A DNA stretch of 64,000 bases, taken from positions 3,472,001 through 3,536,000 of the forward strand of contig CM074806.1 in assembly GCA_037447605.1 (NCBI GenBank), written 5' to 3'. This stretch comes from Zygnema circumcarinatum SAG 698-1b (Eukaryota > Plantae > Zygnematophyceae). Shown piece after piece: positions 33,374 to 47,400 of this stretch. The first letter of the stretch is position 1. Every line of letters starts with the position of its first letter. The position numbers were made by a program, and so were the translations under genes. The notes under the pieces were generated by a model. That model worked only from the letters and a program-made list of their open reading frames with translations. It was not told the DNA's origin and ran no database searches.

Positions 33374-36271
33374 ATGGCGGGCATGCTGGTGGTGCGCCGC
33401 GTCATGGCGGCCGACAACAGCTGCCTCTTCTCCGCTATTGGGTGAGGCCCTGCCTTCCTTCTCTCAACAATTCAGCCTTTTCTATTTTCTCCTCGCACTC
33501 TCAAACCCCCCTTCCCCTTTCCCTCTCTCGTCTCTCCAAGTCCCTTATCTTTTTATTTTCGCCTGCTTTCATATTTTTTTTTTTCTGATCATATGAACTG
33601 ATATCTTAATTTTAGTGCCAAGCTGTGTTCAATTTCCCTTCTCCTGAACACGTTCTCTCTCAATGAATATCGCTGAAAGAGTTTTCCGAGCAATCGGGTC
33701 CCTCCATTTGCTTCTGATTTTTTTTCCTAATTTCCTTATGCCTGATTTGCTCATTCTTTCTTGCACTCCCCTCGGTTGGTGGTTGCTTTATCCGATCTGC
33801 TGTCTCTTGTCGAAGCCACCTGAAGCGTTAGGAGGAAAGAGAGGGGGTTCGAAGTATTTCTGAATCTCATTCCAATCGTTATTGCCGGTTCCCCCTCTTC
33901 TCTCTCCCCCCTCCCTCCAGTTCCCCTTTCCCGTTCTGCACCCTTCCTCTCTCTTTCTCTCTCCCGTTCTTGTACTTCTCATATTGATGAAAAGGGGTTG
34001 TACGTTCTAGATATGTGATGGAGAACGATCGAAAAAAAGCTGCGGAATTACGGCAGGTCTGAATTGTTTTCCCAAGTTCTCGTGTGCGGAAGCAACTGGT
34101 TTGCTTTTGGCGATTCTGCTGTTTTGACCGCGTGAAGAACGAAGCCACTTGACATGCACGCTCGTCAGAGCTCATAAACTCACCTCCAGAGTTTCCGTTT
34201 CTTTAATTGAATGATTTTGTCATGAACAGGTCATTGCTGCGACAGTCATAAGCGATGCTGAAAAGTTCAATGATGCATTTCTTGGAAAACCTAATGAGGA
34301 GTATTGCCAGTGGATCTTGAATCCTGAAAAGTGGGGAGGTATGAGTGGACGCCTGAGCATTGTGATCTACCTACTTTCACAGCTGTATCTCATCGTCATG
34401 TGCACCAGGTTCTCTATTTCTTTAAGCATACATGCACCTATATGACCAATTCACAGAGGAACATCCACTTTAGGTTTTAATATTTCTTCCCTTTCATTGT
34501 CTTCTATGGTTCAGTCACTTGCCAATTTCTCTGAGCATCGACCTTGTCAACCTAGTGATTGTAGAACTCGGCTTTGGCACTTTGCTTAAGAAAATCACAG
34601 AATGGATTTGCCAGATCCAGGGTTTCTTCCTCGTTTGATATTACGATTTTGTGACGTCAATAAATGTCACGAGGGATAGATTGGGGCAAAGCCTTGTTCT
34701 TTTAAGTCGGGCCTTTATGGTGTCTGGCAATTTGCCTGTGGTGGCGAGTGCATTTCTAAAAGAAAATGTGCATTTCTTACAACTCGGAACCTTAGCTGGA
34801 GTTGCAAATCGTAAGCAGCTGATCGTCACCTGTGGCTGATGAGCAGGTGCAATTGAGCTTGCGATTCTTGCTGACTACTATGGTCGGGAAATAGCCGCTT
34901 ATGATATTCAGACAAGGCGATGTGATGTCTATGGCCAGGTACCGTGATATGTATTCAATCGTTTTTAACTTGTTTATCGGTTGCATCGGATCAAGTGTGT
35001 GGGGAGAGAATGTAATGTGCTTATGGTTGAAATGCAGTCACAAGGGCACTGAAATTGCGCACTCTAAGGGCTCTCGCCGTTGTAAGTCATTTGTGTTGCT
35101 CTGCGTATCTTTTGGTGTCAGCAAATCATCCTGATTCATTATAACTCGTTTCTTTACTCTTATTCGTCCAATCTTTGACAGAACAAAAATTTTGAGGAAA
35201 GGGTCATGCTCATTTACGACGGCCTTCATTACGACGCTTTGGCTGTAAGTTCTCGTTCAGAGAATATTTCTGCAGCTCTACAGTGCTGAAGAAGTATGCT
35301 GAAAGTGAGACGGACTCCAAGAAGCGGAACCGGCCCTTTGGGAAATGTTTGCAATCTCTTTGTATACAACATGATATCGTCATTTTCCGAAACCAGTATG
35401 CCGAAAATCATGGTCATGTTCAGAAGGACAAAAAGAAATTCTGGAGAAAAAGGAAGGAATCAAGCCACGTCTAAATTAGTCATTTCGCTTTCCTTTGGCT
35501 TCTTGAACGAACAACTTCTGTGCATCTAGAGTGAGAGAGAAAAAGATTGAGAGAGCGAGAGGTGGAGAGAAGGAGAGTCTGCTATACTTTGACTTCTGTC
35601 TCTCCCCTCGTTCTTCTCTCTTATCTCTTTTCACTTGGTATGTTAAGTACGTTGCAGCCATGTTTCTCGAACTCTGCCTCTCTTTTGCTGACTTCCGCAG
35701 GGTGACTTCCGACCTCCAGGTGTCACCTTTGGAAGGTGCGCCGGAGGACTTTGATCAGACCATACTTTCTGTGAAGGAGAGGGGCACCCTGTTGGAGGTG
35801 GAGGCGCTGGCAAGGAGGGTGGTCGACGAGGCCTCTAGGTGCCACTCTGCCCTGATTTTGCTTCTCGTTTCAGGAAGTCCAGATTTCATACGGATCATGC
35901 TTTCAATGTGTTGCTTATTTGGTTTTGAGGTGCGTTGCCGACCAAGAGGCTGAGATCATCGAAAATCTTAAAAAGAGTATTGTGAGCGTATGCTGATGGT
36001 CTGATCGTATGGTGATGATGATGATGATGCAGGTCTCGAAAGTTTACCGATATGTCGAAGTTTACATTGAGATGTGCAGTTTGCCAGCAAGGAGTAAAAG
36101 GACAAAAGGTATGCCTCCCCTCCTTGACGTTACCAGCAGCAAGGCTTGACTCGAGTGCTTGGGCGTATGGAGCATGGAGTGACTTTATGTGTTTGTTCGT
36201 TGATGGAGCTCTTGCAGGAAGCTGTAGCACATGCGACTGCCACGGGCCACGGAAACTTTCAAGAGTATTAG
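33374..36271 (+). CDS. OTU2: OTU-domain deubiquitinase, OTU1/YOD1 family (plant OTU2), 8 exons
   Basis: VVRRVMAADNSCLFSAIG (catalytic Cys), AFLGKPNEEYCQWILNPEKWGG/AIEL, LIYDGLHYDAL (catalytic His) and the C-terminal zinc finger LRCAVCQ...HATATGHGNFQEY. Confidence 0.95.
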
Positions 36272-37921
36272 CCACTCTCCCTTCCGCTTAGTCAAATAGT
36301 TTTCCATTTTTTCAAGTGGTCATACATTCTTTTTTCAAGCATATCACATTAGCGCAGAATCAGCTAGAATACTATACCTCATGCTTTGCGGACCAAGCCT
36401 TCAGCACTTAACAGGATAGCTTTGCGCCTTGACATCCTACTTCTCTGTCTTCCAACTCCTGCGTTAGAAGTCCTGCCTGTAAATCCTCCACGCAACATAG
36501 GATAACGTAGCATCCAAGGCCTGTGTTCAAGGAAATTGGGTACAAACGGAGTCAAATCTTATTTTTTGATATCTCTGAACTTGGACTAAAACTAGGCGTC
36601 AGACCACCGCCAAGCCGCAAACCACAAAAGTTAGTCACACTATGCAGAATCCAAAAAGACAAATGCGAGCCTCAAATAGAGGATATTTTAAAAATATAAA
36701 TGCTAAATGTATTGTTGTTTTGATTTTTTTTTTTGTAAGATGTGTATGTAGCCAAAAAAGGTGCGTAAATAATAAATTCCTATTTTAATATGTAAACCCG
36801 AAAGTAGCAACCTTCAAGTTGAAGTGTTTTTGACTGGACAAATAATCTGTCATTTTCTTCTCCTGTCGCCTCCAGCTTTTCCTCCTCTCTCGTTCTTTCT
36901 CTTCTTTCTCCTCCACCTACCTCCTCTCTTTTGTCTCGGTATTTCTGGTCATCGACTGCATCTCGAACAAACTATTATGACGGTGGAGAAGGCACCGAAG
37001 TGTTTTCAGTACATTTTTGTTTTGAAGGAGAGCAGGCTAGCTGTGAATTAAACGTACACTCCGTTCACAATCCCGCGTTCCTAGTGCCGCTGCGTGCACA
37101 CCTTTTTTTTTCACTCCGCGCACACCCTCGGTTGTGCACGGACCGCGACGGCCTGCGCCCACGTCTCTCGGTCCGACTTCACGAGCGCTTTGAGAATTGA
37201 GAGGGAGGGGGGAGGGGGGAGGGGGGAGGGAGAGGGACCTCAAACAAGGAGCTGAAGAGGACGCACGGCAGGAGAGGATAGGACAGCAGCGGGGCTTGGA
37301 TAACATATACTACTCTCTCCCCCTCTCTCTCCCCTTCTCTCCCCCTCTTCCTCTCTCCCTCTCTCCCCCTCTCCCTCTCCCTCCCTGCTCTCCGATCCCT
37401 AAAAGGGCGGCGCTGCGTGCATCACGTCGCGACATCAGCGGCACCGTACGGCGCCAATTCCGTACGAAACCGACAAGGCGCCCGGCCGTGGTCCACGGCC
37501 CGTGGATCACTGCTAATGTCGGTGACACGATTTGTGTATGGCACCGACAAAATTTGAAGTACGAACGTGACACGAGGGGGGCCTTCGCTTGACTGTGCGC
37601 GGGGGATATATTCCATCCCAAATGGGACTCCTCCACGTGGCGTGTAACTGCCACTAACGACAAATCTTAAGCTCTGGAGAAGCGCGCGGGGATCTCCGTA
37701 TGGCCACTTTTGGCGCCTGCATGCCTAAAGACGACAAACGACACAAAGCGACAGCGGAACTGCCACCAGCGCGGCCGGCCGGCCGTACGGCCCACATGAA
37801 GACTACCCTTTGGGCCTTCGGCCGCGCGGCCAATGGCCTCGCGCCGCGTGGCAGCCTTACGTTCAGCAGGCGTGCACGTAGCCATTCATCCCTCGTTTCT
37901 TCGTATTCTTATTTCCCTTAT

Positions 37922-38208
37922 GTTTTCCGCTCCCAAGCTTTTTGCTTTTGTGCTCAGGTCCTTTGCGACCAGTCCCTCATGGTTCCACATCATGATGTTG
38001 TCCATGCACATTTGATGGCTTCATCGCCATCGTGAGATCAATGCCATTTTCCCGGCTTTTATTCGCCTTCAAGCTGGGAGAAAGTGGTATTGAACTCACG
38101 ATGGCGATGATGCCATCAAATGTACATGGACAAAGTCATCATGGGGAACCGCGAGGGAAATGGTCACGAAGGACCTAAGGACAAAAGAAAAAGCTAGGGG
38201 CGGAAAAC
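37922..38208. mobile_element. Foldback/MITE consisting almost wholly of ~137 bp inverted arms with a 12 nt loop
   Basis: 37922-38058 is the imperfect reverse complement of 38071-38208. The same arm recurs three times at 59473-60486. Confidence 0.85.
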
Positions 38209-38409
38209 TACGCGTCAAGGCTTGTTCTATCCGTGATTTTCCGTTGTTGTGTTGATGCGATCCGGACCTTTTCAGAGCAACTTGTCAACCCTGCCACGAT
38301 GAACAGCGAAACTGACGCACTTAAGCGATAACAAGACTGAAATTCTCTCCAAAGATAAACAAAGGCCGAATTATTCATTGACTGTGTCCAGTACATGGAA
38401 CAGCGCCTA

Positions 38410-41400
38410 TCACTTAATCTCAACATAGAGCATGGGCACCAGCCCCGAGACCTTCCCGTCTGGTCCCGGCTCCGTTTTCCGCACCTGCAAAAAAAGGCTT
38501 AAGGAATGTCAATTTCAGTAGTTTGATATTTAGAAGGCTTTACTTCGAGCATAATAGAATGGTAAAAAAAAAAAAAGGTCTGCAATTTTCACAAACAGAA
38601 TGTAATAATCCTCCATCTTCTCTCTTCCAATTTTGCAGGAGGAAGCATAGGAGCAGCTTCTGGAACATAAAAAATGTATCTCACATGGAACCAGCCGTCC
38701 ACCTCGTACTCAATCTCCACTTCGTCACCCACCGCCAAGCTCAGCTGCAGCCAATCCGATTGCGACGTCAGCTGACAAGCGATGCTCAACTTTTGAAAGG
38801 AGATCAGGAACACTTTTAGGTAACAGAATGTCAATGATCGGCGGACCAAAAACAAGTTCTCCAAATACAGCCATCGCGTGCATCACTAAAGTTCTCCAAA
38901 TTACACCTTCCGCCAAAACTTGAATCTTCCATTCCCGACTTCCCCCCTTCCCCCCACCCCCCCCCCCACCTCCCCCTCCCCGTGTCCGGCCCACCCACCC
39001 CCCCCCCTGAATGCGCAATTGAAGGTTGAATGGTGGTGCACCTCGTCGTCATCGCTCGCGTAGAAGCCGTACAGTGCCCGGCCCACCTGCAGGACTTCCC
39101 CCTCCCTGCTTCGCAGCTCCGCCTCGTCATAGAGGTCGGCAGAGAAGACGGGCGGGGAGGAACGTTCCGCGGCTCCCTCACTGTCCCTCGTGGTTTGACT
39201 CGCCCTCGTCTGACCTCCACAAGCCCACCAAATGTCATTCTCAAGGAATGCATGCAGGGTTGCGGCTGAGGTAGGCTTGCAATCGGCATGCATAATGGTA
39301 TTCAGTTTTGGCATGTGTTTCTTTTTTGTATATAGAATTTAACAAATATGGGTGCGCGCAGACGAGACATTGAAGGTCCGGATCGGACAGAATGCAGCCA
39401 TGCTGAAGGGCCTTAGTGGGAATGGTTGTGCAGACTGCTCTTTCTGCCAACTGTGAGAAATCGCTGCCGGAAATGAGGATTACCGAGCGAGAGTCTGAGG
39501 CCGTCCGTCCTAATGCACCCAATGGTTTGCCGCCAGTTGTCAGCACCCCAGAAAGGCTCTCCTCATCCTGCCTCACCCAGGGCGGCCGAGTCAGAACAGT
39601 ATCAGCCAAATCAGGAATAGAGAAAGGGAGAAGGACGGGAGGGGGGGCAGTGAGGGGGCGGGAGAGAGAAGGGGGGGGGGGGGAAGGGGGGGGAAGTAGA
39701 GAAAGTAAAGCAGCGGGCGGGAGAGGGGGGGGGAGGGGAGGGGGACTAAACTTGAACGTTGGAGAATGAAACGAGAATAGAACAGTAAATGGATTACAGA
39801 CGCGAGGAATAAAGACCCGAGATTGCAACATCATACAAAATAGTGATTGACAATATGATGAGGAGGACATAGAGCTCCGGTTGTTCCTCACCCAATTCCG
39901 AAGACTGAACGAGCCTGCCTTGGAGGAGCCCGTTGGCGACTCAGAGCCGTCCGACAGGTCCGCCTGCCATCAAATGTGGGCACGGGCGACCATGAGAGAT
40001 TCAGGTTGAACTCCACGATGGGATACACAAAACCACCAAAACATGTTCTGTGCAGAAGAAGGTTGAGGAGCACCTACCTCATCCTCGTCTGCGTCCGCCT
40101 CCACAAGAGAGGTGGCCCACAGTTCATCGAAATTGATCGCTGAAGCATAAGACGCTGCCTGCGCGTCCTCTATCTCCTCGTCCCCTTGCAGACTCTCTCC
40201 CAGCATCTGGCCCTCTTTCCACACCAAAAATTAGACTTCATACGATTTCAGACTTGATGAAACTTCAAACATCCATCTCAAAACTTTCTCCTCAAAATAG
40301 CAGGAGAGCACATATGCACGGTATGAGTGGGGCCCACCAGTCCCCTTGCGCTGGATGTCGGCGCGTCATCGAGAATAGGAAGGAGGAGAGTGACAGGGGG
40401 AAAGTCCGGCATGGTCTTGGGAGGTCCCCCATAGGAGAGAAGCTCACGCAACGACTCCTGCAGTACGGCTTCACTCCCAGAAGCATCCGGCGATATGCCC
40501 GCTTTGGCACGATATGCATCAATCAAGGGCTGACTGCAAAAAGCAGGGATATCACTGCTCACTCTCAGCTGCAAGAAGTTCACACCTTCACGATTCTTTC
40601 AGTTGAATAGCATCCACGTTGGGGTTCAAAACCTTTCCGAAAGAAGTTCATGAGTTGATAAGGGATATGGGCGACAACCTGACAGGGCCCAATGGCAGAT
40701 ACTTTGAGCGCGGCACAAAGCAGAAGAGCAGCACGAGGTCCATGAGCCGCTCATGTTCTTCATAGAGCTGCCGCAACTCGTCGTCCTTCCACTCTTCCTG
40801 GCTGAAGGCATGCTGCCGAATGTCCCTGTGCAGACACCTCTCACTCCCCTCCATCAGAGGCAGGGAAACTTCTGTCTCTGATGGGATACAGCGTTTTTAC
40901 GGAATGCGAGCGAGACTAGGAAAATTTTCAATACTACTGAAGTAAGAACTTCCGTTCGGATGTTGCAAGTCTGACATGCCCTATTATCACAACCGATGCG
41001 CAAGCAAAGCCTGTAAAGCTTGTGTGCGTGTTAGCCCTCAACCCATCGGTATCACATGACGTATATATTTCGCTGTTGCTGTTGGCAGAAGCAGTGTCAA
41101 AACGGGCGCAGAATACGCAGACAATACGCTGTACCGACGGAGTGCGCTATTAGGCGGTCCAGTGAATAATCTTTGACTTGCATGCGCATCGAGACCGATC
41201 AATACCACATGTGACACAACAAACCGTCATGTCGCCTGACATGTATGGCGTTCTAAGTCAGCTAAAACTGCTGTGCTGGAAACCTATTTCATGGCTAGAC
41301 CAAAAGCCGATGCTGTAACTTTGCGTAGATTACATGTAGGAACATACCCCACCCAATGAATAACTATGCTTCAACCCCATCCAGACTCTGGGCAGTGCTG

Positions 41401-44400
41401 ACCCTACAACTAGGCATAGTTTCTTGTGAGCAACAGCCCGACTTCGACAAAGGCTGCGAAGTTTTTGTTACGAGCCATTCATTCTTGCTAAAGGTGTGAC
41501 GAGGAGCAGCTTGGTTATGGCAGGGGAGACGGAGCAGCACCTGACCATGCGATCTTGGGCTGTGTACATTTCATCCAGCACGCGCAGCATGGGGCTCACT
41601 ACTGTCTGCAGGCCTGTGCCGCTAGCCCCGCGGTCCTCTCCATTGGAGGCACCCCACTCCTGCATGGCCAAGAACCCACTCAAGTAATCAGCTGCTGAGA
41701 GGGAGGGGAGGACGCAGCTACTAATTGAGGACGACTGTCCAATTCGGGAGATTCATTGCACAGCAACATGTGCACTTGCCATTTCCTTTCCCCCTCCACC
41801 TCCGTAAATGAGAGTGTGGAAGAATTCGTAAATCTGCAGTCGGTATGGTTCCCCCGACCGAATGGCAATCGTGATGAGAGCATTCGCTGCCACCACTCTC
41901 TCCTGCCCCACCAACATTCCTCCTCCCCCGTTTCACGATTCAAACACTGGAAATCAATCCCAATTATCTGGCCTCTGCACAGATCATTGGCTTCACATCC
42001 CCCTTTCCTCAATTCCCCTTCCTACTTCCCTTCTCCCACTCGCCCCACTCGCCTCTCTTCTTTCTCCATCTCTGTGGAGCATACCTCCCAACTGCCAACA
42101 AAAACACAGCGTTGCAGACGCGCAAGTGCTGCCACCAACGTGGGGTTGCGAATGCCCGAGGCTGCAACCATGCGCTCTGCATCTAACAGCATGAGGGCAG
42201 CACCGGGAGGAGTTGCACTCTCCCACGCATACTCTGCAGCCGCATAGTTCGCATTCTCTCCCAGAAACCATATCTGCACCACATAACGCCACTCTACAAT
42301 GAGACCGGCTTCATCTGGCAATCTGCGATCATAGGCTAGAGAGCAGCAACTATTTGGCAGCGGCAAAGGACTGTCATGAATGACGCCAAAAGCAGGATTC
42401 GATGGAGTCGGGTTAAGGGGGAAAAGGAAATAGCGTCATCAGGGCTGACAACCCACCGCAGACTGCATAAGGCGTTGGAGAGCAATGGCTGATTTTGCAT
42501 CATCTATTGCAGATCCATTTGTAGCTCCGTTGCTTTTGGAAGGTGGCGGAGGGGGTCTATCCAGCACTGCACTCACCGCCTCTAATGCTAAATGCTTTCC
42601 CTCTGCTCCACAGCCGACTAGGCACATCTGTACACCAAGCGGAAGGGTAAAGAGGGAGGAACAGAAAGAAGCGCACAGAGGGAAGAGAGGAGATGGAAGG
42701 AGCGGGGAAGTGAGGACACAAGATGCTTCATTGACGAGCAATAGTCAATCGAAAAGGGGCTGCCAGCAAGTGAAATTAAGGTGCGAGGGCCCTTCCCAGT
42801 TAGCGAGAGAAGAGAAAGGAAATAGCTCCTCAAAAAACCCAGCAAAGACTGTCTGCAAATGATGCTGCCTCAACAAGCCATGTTCGGCCTTACCTTCCAC
42901 AAGCCCTGAATCATTGATGTATCCACTTTTGCGGGAACCTCTGCGACGAACAGAGCGGCCAAGTCGAGCACCATCACCGCCATGTCCGCGGATAGCTGTT
43001 CAAGCCACCCACCACACAATTTAGCTCAGAAAATTCCACGCATGCAATCTAAAGCATTTCATAACCTACCTGCCTTCTTCCCCTCAAAAGACCCAAGCAG
43101 AGAATTACAGTTTCGCCCACCTGAAAGCGTGCCGGCAGTGTCTGTAGCAGACTGTTGAGGAGAGCCGGCGGCCATGAGGGGTCCGAAAGTTCCCCTGCAA
43201 GTGTGGCTTTGAGCTCATCTGCAGCTTCCCCCTCCGCTTGCATCCACAACATTGCCTTCAACGCTTGAGCGCGAACATACACACACTCGCATGCAGCAAC
43301 AGAGCGCACTCCCTCCATCACCCCCCCAAGGAGTCCATCTACCGATAGTGTGCCCTCCCGGGGGGCAACTTTGCCCATGGCTGCAATAGGAACGTCAGGA
43401 CAGAGGACGGAAAATGAGACTGTTAGCGCGCAATCTTTTGGTGAGGGCTAGGATGAGTCTCTATTTCTTCTTGTGAAAGTAAGGCGTTTAGGAGTCAAGC
43501 ACATTCAACTTCCTGTTTTGCTGAGGTTGCGCAATCTGACTCGAGAGTTGGAAAAACGACAGAAAAAAGCATTCCAGTCCTCGTTTCATTCCGACATGAT
43601 ACTCGTCCCCGTTCTTTCATCCCCACCCACTTTCTCCAACTTCATCTAAACACTTGACATAGGCCAATACCTGCAGCTTCCCGCCTGTCCCGTCCTAAAG
43701 AACAAAAGAAATCTTGCAATCTACCTGCATGTTCACACCTTCAGCAAAGTCAAGTGCATCATCTTGCGGAGCCTCTAACTCATTGTCCGTCTCCACCCCC
43801 AAAGCCCTTGCTGCAGCACGCGCCTTTCCGAGCTCTGCTGCACATCTTAAAGCGCCATGAAGGAGGGGCCGTGAAGAGCTTCGCAGGGCGATGTCCAGCC
43901 TGCAGGGCATTGCAAAAAAGATTTCAGACCCACTTGCTAAAACTTCAGGACCTCCCTCCGTGGGTTTCTTTGGAGCTTCTTTGATGCTTTATAGTGCTGC
44001 CGCGGTCACCTCTCACAGACCACTTTGAGGACGAGTTCGGATGCACGTCTCGGCGTCTGATCTTTCTCCTTCTTCTCCTTCTTGTCCTTCTTCTCCTCCC
44101 GCGGATCAACCACTGAGGTTGTCAGAATCTGCCAACCGTCTGCGCGCTGCTCCACGCTGCAATGGCAAGGGCAGTGCATCAGCAGAATGGAAAAAAAAAT
44201 CTGATCTCACCTTCACATAATGCAGCGCGCATAAATGCGTGCATCGGTCTGTTTTCCGAAAAACCATCCTTAAAACATCAAATCCATCAAGACCAAGAAT
44301 TGGCGGTAATTGAGACACTTGCTTTGCCACAGCATCCCTCCAACTCTCCATCCCTTATCTATTATTCAGCCAAGCGCCGGGCCTCCAAACTGCAATGAGC

Positions 44401-47400
44401 TAAAATGAAACAGCCCAATACTTCAAACAATAACAACCCTACAACAAATCCAGAAAACTTGGACTGGAACGAATGAGGAGCGGAAGGCTGCGGCCCACCT
44501 TCCTTCACCATTTAAGCTTCCTGCAATGCAGTTGATAGCTTCGATTGCAACTTTATCATTTGGGTCATGCAGCAATTGAAAAAGAACGGCAGAAAACAGC
44601 CCTCGAATATCGGGGCGATCTGCGGACATCCCCAATGTGACAGCCGGAAGAATTAGAACGAGGTGTATGAGAGCAAAGCATACTTATTATACAATGAGGC
44701 AGAGTGGTTCCCTTGAAGTGAAACTACGAAGACTTCAAATATGGGACTAACGACATTCAATTGTTGATTTATTGATGGATCAAGCAGTGTTGGAAAAACT
44801 TCATAGTTCCGCAAGAATGAAGAACGCTTTCGTCGCCCTCACCATAAAGTTCTGAAGAGTGGATGAGGATTCCGCATAGTCGAGCCAAATACACTCTCGC
44901 GAACACATCCTCCACTCGAAGAGCAGCCGCAAGAGAACCCCCCGCAAGCCTTGCTGTGAGCCCTCAAAACCAACACACAGTTTCAATGAGCATCATCATC
45001 AATGAACGTACCTTCGAATTTGAATAAGAAAATTGAGCATTTGAGCTCAACCGATAAGTTCACAGCTGGCGTATAAGATTTCAAAAGATCTCAGGTCAGA
45101 GTATTCAGAAGGCAGTGAGTGATTGCACACCTAATGCGCCTGCGATGATGATGGGATCTGCAAGGGCCATCTCTCCCGCCATAGCTAGTGCATGCCGCAC
45201 GCCGATGGGATCAGGGCAACCTATGCTGCAAATCCACAATAACCCACAGTCAGGGTTTACGTTAGACCTTAATGATTCAAAACACGGAGCTATAGATCAT
45301 GATGTGAAGGTGCATGTATTGATGATATCGCCACAACCCAGTAAGGCTGGAATTCCATGTTACAGCCAACCCAGAGGATCCACAAGATATCAGTGCATCC
45401 ACTTGAGACCACCAAAATGCACACTGCTGTGCATCTGATTGAGCATATCTGCAATAGGTAAGGAACAAGGGAATCTGCGCTGTAGTGCCTCACCCCAACA
45501 CAACTCGCTCTACCAACACTCCGCTTGTTACGTCCAATGGAAGTCGGCGAAGTGCACTTAAAGCTCCATAGTATAAGTTTCCACGTAATGCTGCCTAGAA
45601 ATTCAAAATAGGAAAGAGAAAGATGGACCCAACAGCCCTTCAAGCACTTCAAAGAGCAGCAAATTTCGGCGAAGTGAAATCAAATACAATTTCTTTCCTT
45701 ATGCAACTCGTAACTTCCAAAAATCAAGACTGTGTGATTAGGTGAAGAGAAGGGAAACAAGAGACAAATCAAAGGTAATGGCTCTTGAGGTGAAGCTTTC
45801 TTAGGATTCTCAGTGTTCTAGAAAGCACTCGACGACAGATTGCATGATGTTTTCCTTCTTTAAGGATGTCCTCAATAGAACAAGGGATTTAGTTGCAAGT
45901 GCTGCAAAGGAAACTTCTAGAGGCAACCTTGCATTAGGCTTGTAAAAGACGTTTCAATAAATGTTGCATAGACAAGAGATGGGTCATATGAAAAGCACCT
46001 CCTTGTCCTGACTCCCACGAGTGAAGAGACTGCTCTTTCGTCGTCGCTGCTTACGGTCTTGTGTCACCTGCTCCAGCTCTCCAGATTGGACCCATAATCA
46101 TCACAACGATAGATAGCAAAATAATGGCTCAATAGAAGGAAGCTACACATTATGGTCGTTAACAAGACAAGACCACCGCCAAAAGGGTAAGGGTAAGCCC
46201 AGCCTACCCTGTCGAGAATGATAAAGATAATCTTCACAAGTGCGTCGAAGGCATCGGCGCTGCTCAGAGGAACGCAGACCAATGCCTTGAGAGCAGCCAT
46301 TCTCCGACCGTGAACTGCCCTCCCCACAGAACCTCCCAATAGCATAAAACATTGCAGCAACGGGACTGTGCGCAATGCTTCCTCTATCGACTCTGAAATG
46401 CTATTGAAGAGCAAGGCTTTCCATCTGATCATTACGTCTAGGTACAGAGAACTAAGGGGAAGAAAAAGCTATCACTACTGACCTGCCAACTGACGAACCA
46501 CAAGAAAAAGAGCACATGCTTGCTTTATCTGGGACAGCGATTGAGCCGATTACCTGTTATATCAGTTGTTGATGCTTCTGTGACAAGGCGAGAAAGGATC
46601 TGTGGGAGAACATCAGCCCGGGTCAATGTCGGTGCGCCACCTGTCGCCATCTCGGCCAAGCTGTCCCAATTGGGCGTAGGCACACCTCCCCCAGGTGTAT
46701 TCATAGGATCACCGCTCTCACTCAAAATCCGGCTCATGAAGTAAAAGGCATAGCGCAGGACCCCGGGGTTGGAGACTGTTTGCAGAAGCTGCAAAAGCCA
46801 AAAAAAACCAAAATGTTTCGTCAAATCCTTCAGCCCACAGAGAAAAACAACACTTCTTTTCCTAGAAGACGAGAAAACAGAGCGAAAGGGAGACAAGACC
46901 ATGGCAACTGCGAGAACGGAAAAAGGGCGTTTAGAATGACGGCGTCAACAAAGTTCCATTCTCTATCCGAGATTATGGCTCAAAAATTCAAAAGAAAAAG
47001 AATGGACAAAAGAATGAAACAATAACTTACGGCTACAAGCGAAGGTCCAAGTGAGGGATCCACAGTATTGTAAACCGAAAGCTTTGGAAAAATTAGCGAC
47101 ACCATCTTCTGTTGCGTCCTTTTCTGCCAATGTGAATACTTTCAAGTGCAAGTTAAGTCAACAATTCATGAAGATAATCCCTTCGTCCTTAGGCCAAGGA
47201 GACATGAAACCACCTTAACTTTACGATCCTTGAAACATTACTGAAGTCAAAAACTAGGAAGTCATTACTGATCCAAAGAGGTGACAGAAGTACCTGTTCT
47301 GGAGTTTGAGCAATTTCTTTCAACGTTCTTGCTAACTGGCCATACGTAACCTGAACAGGATGTAACATAACCCCCAGACAACAACCGGCACTTCAGGTGA

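Noticed and set aside
36977-36997. miR156/535-like sequence TGACGGTGGAGAAGGCAC
   Set aside because: Too many mismatches and no evident precursor stem.
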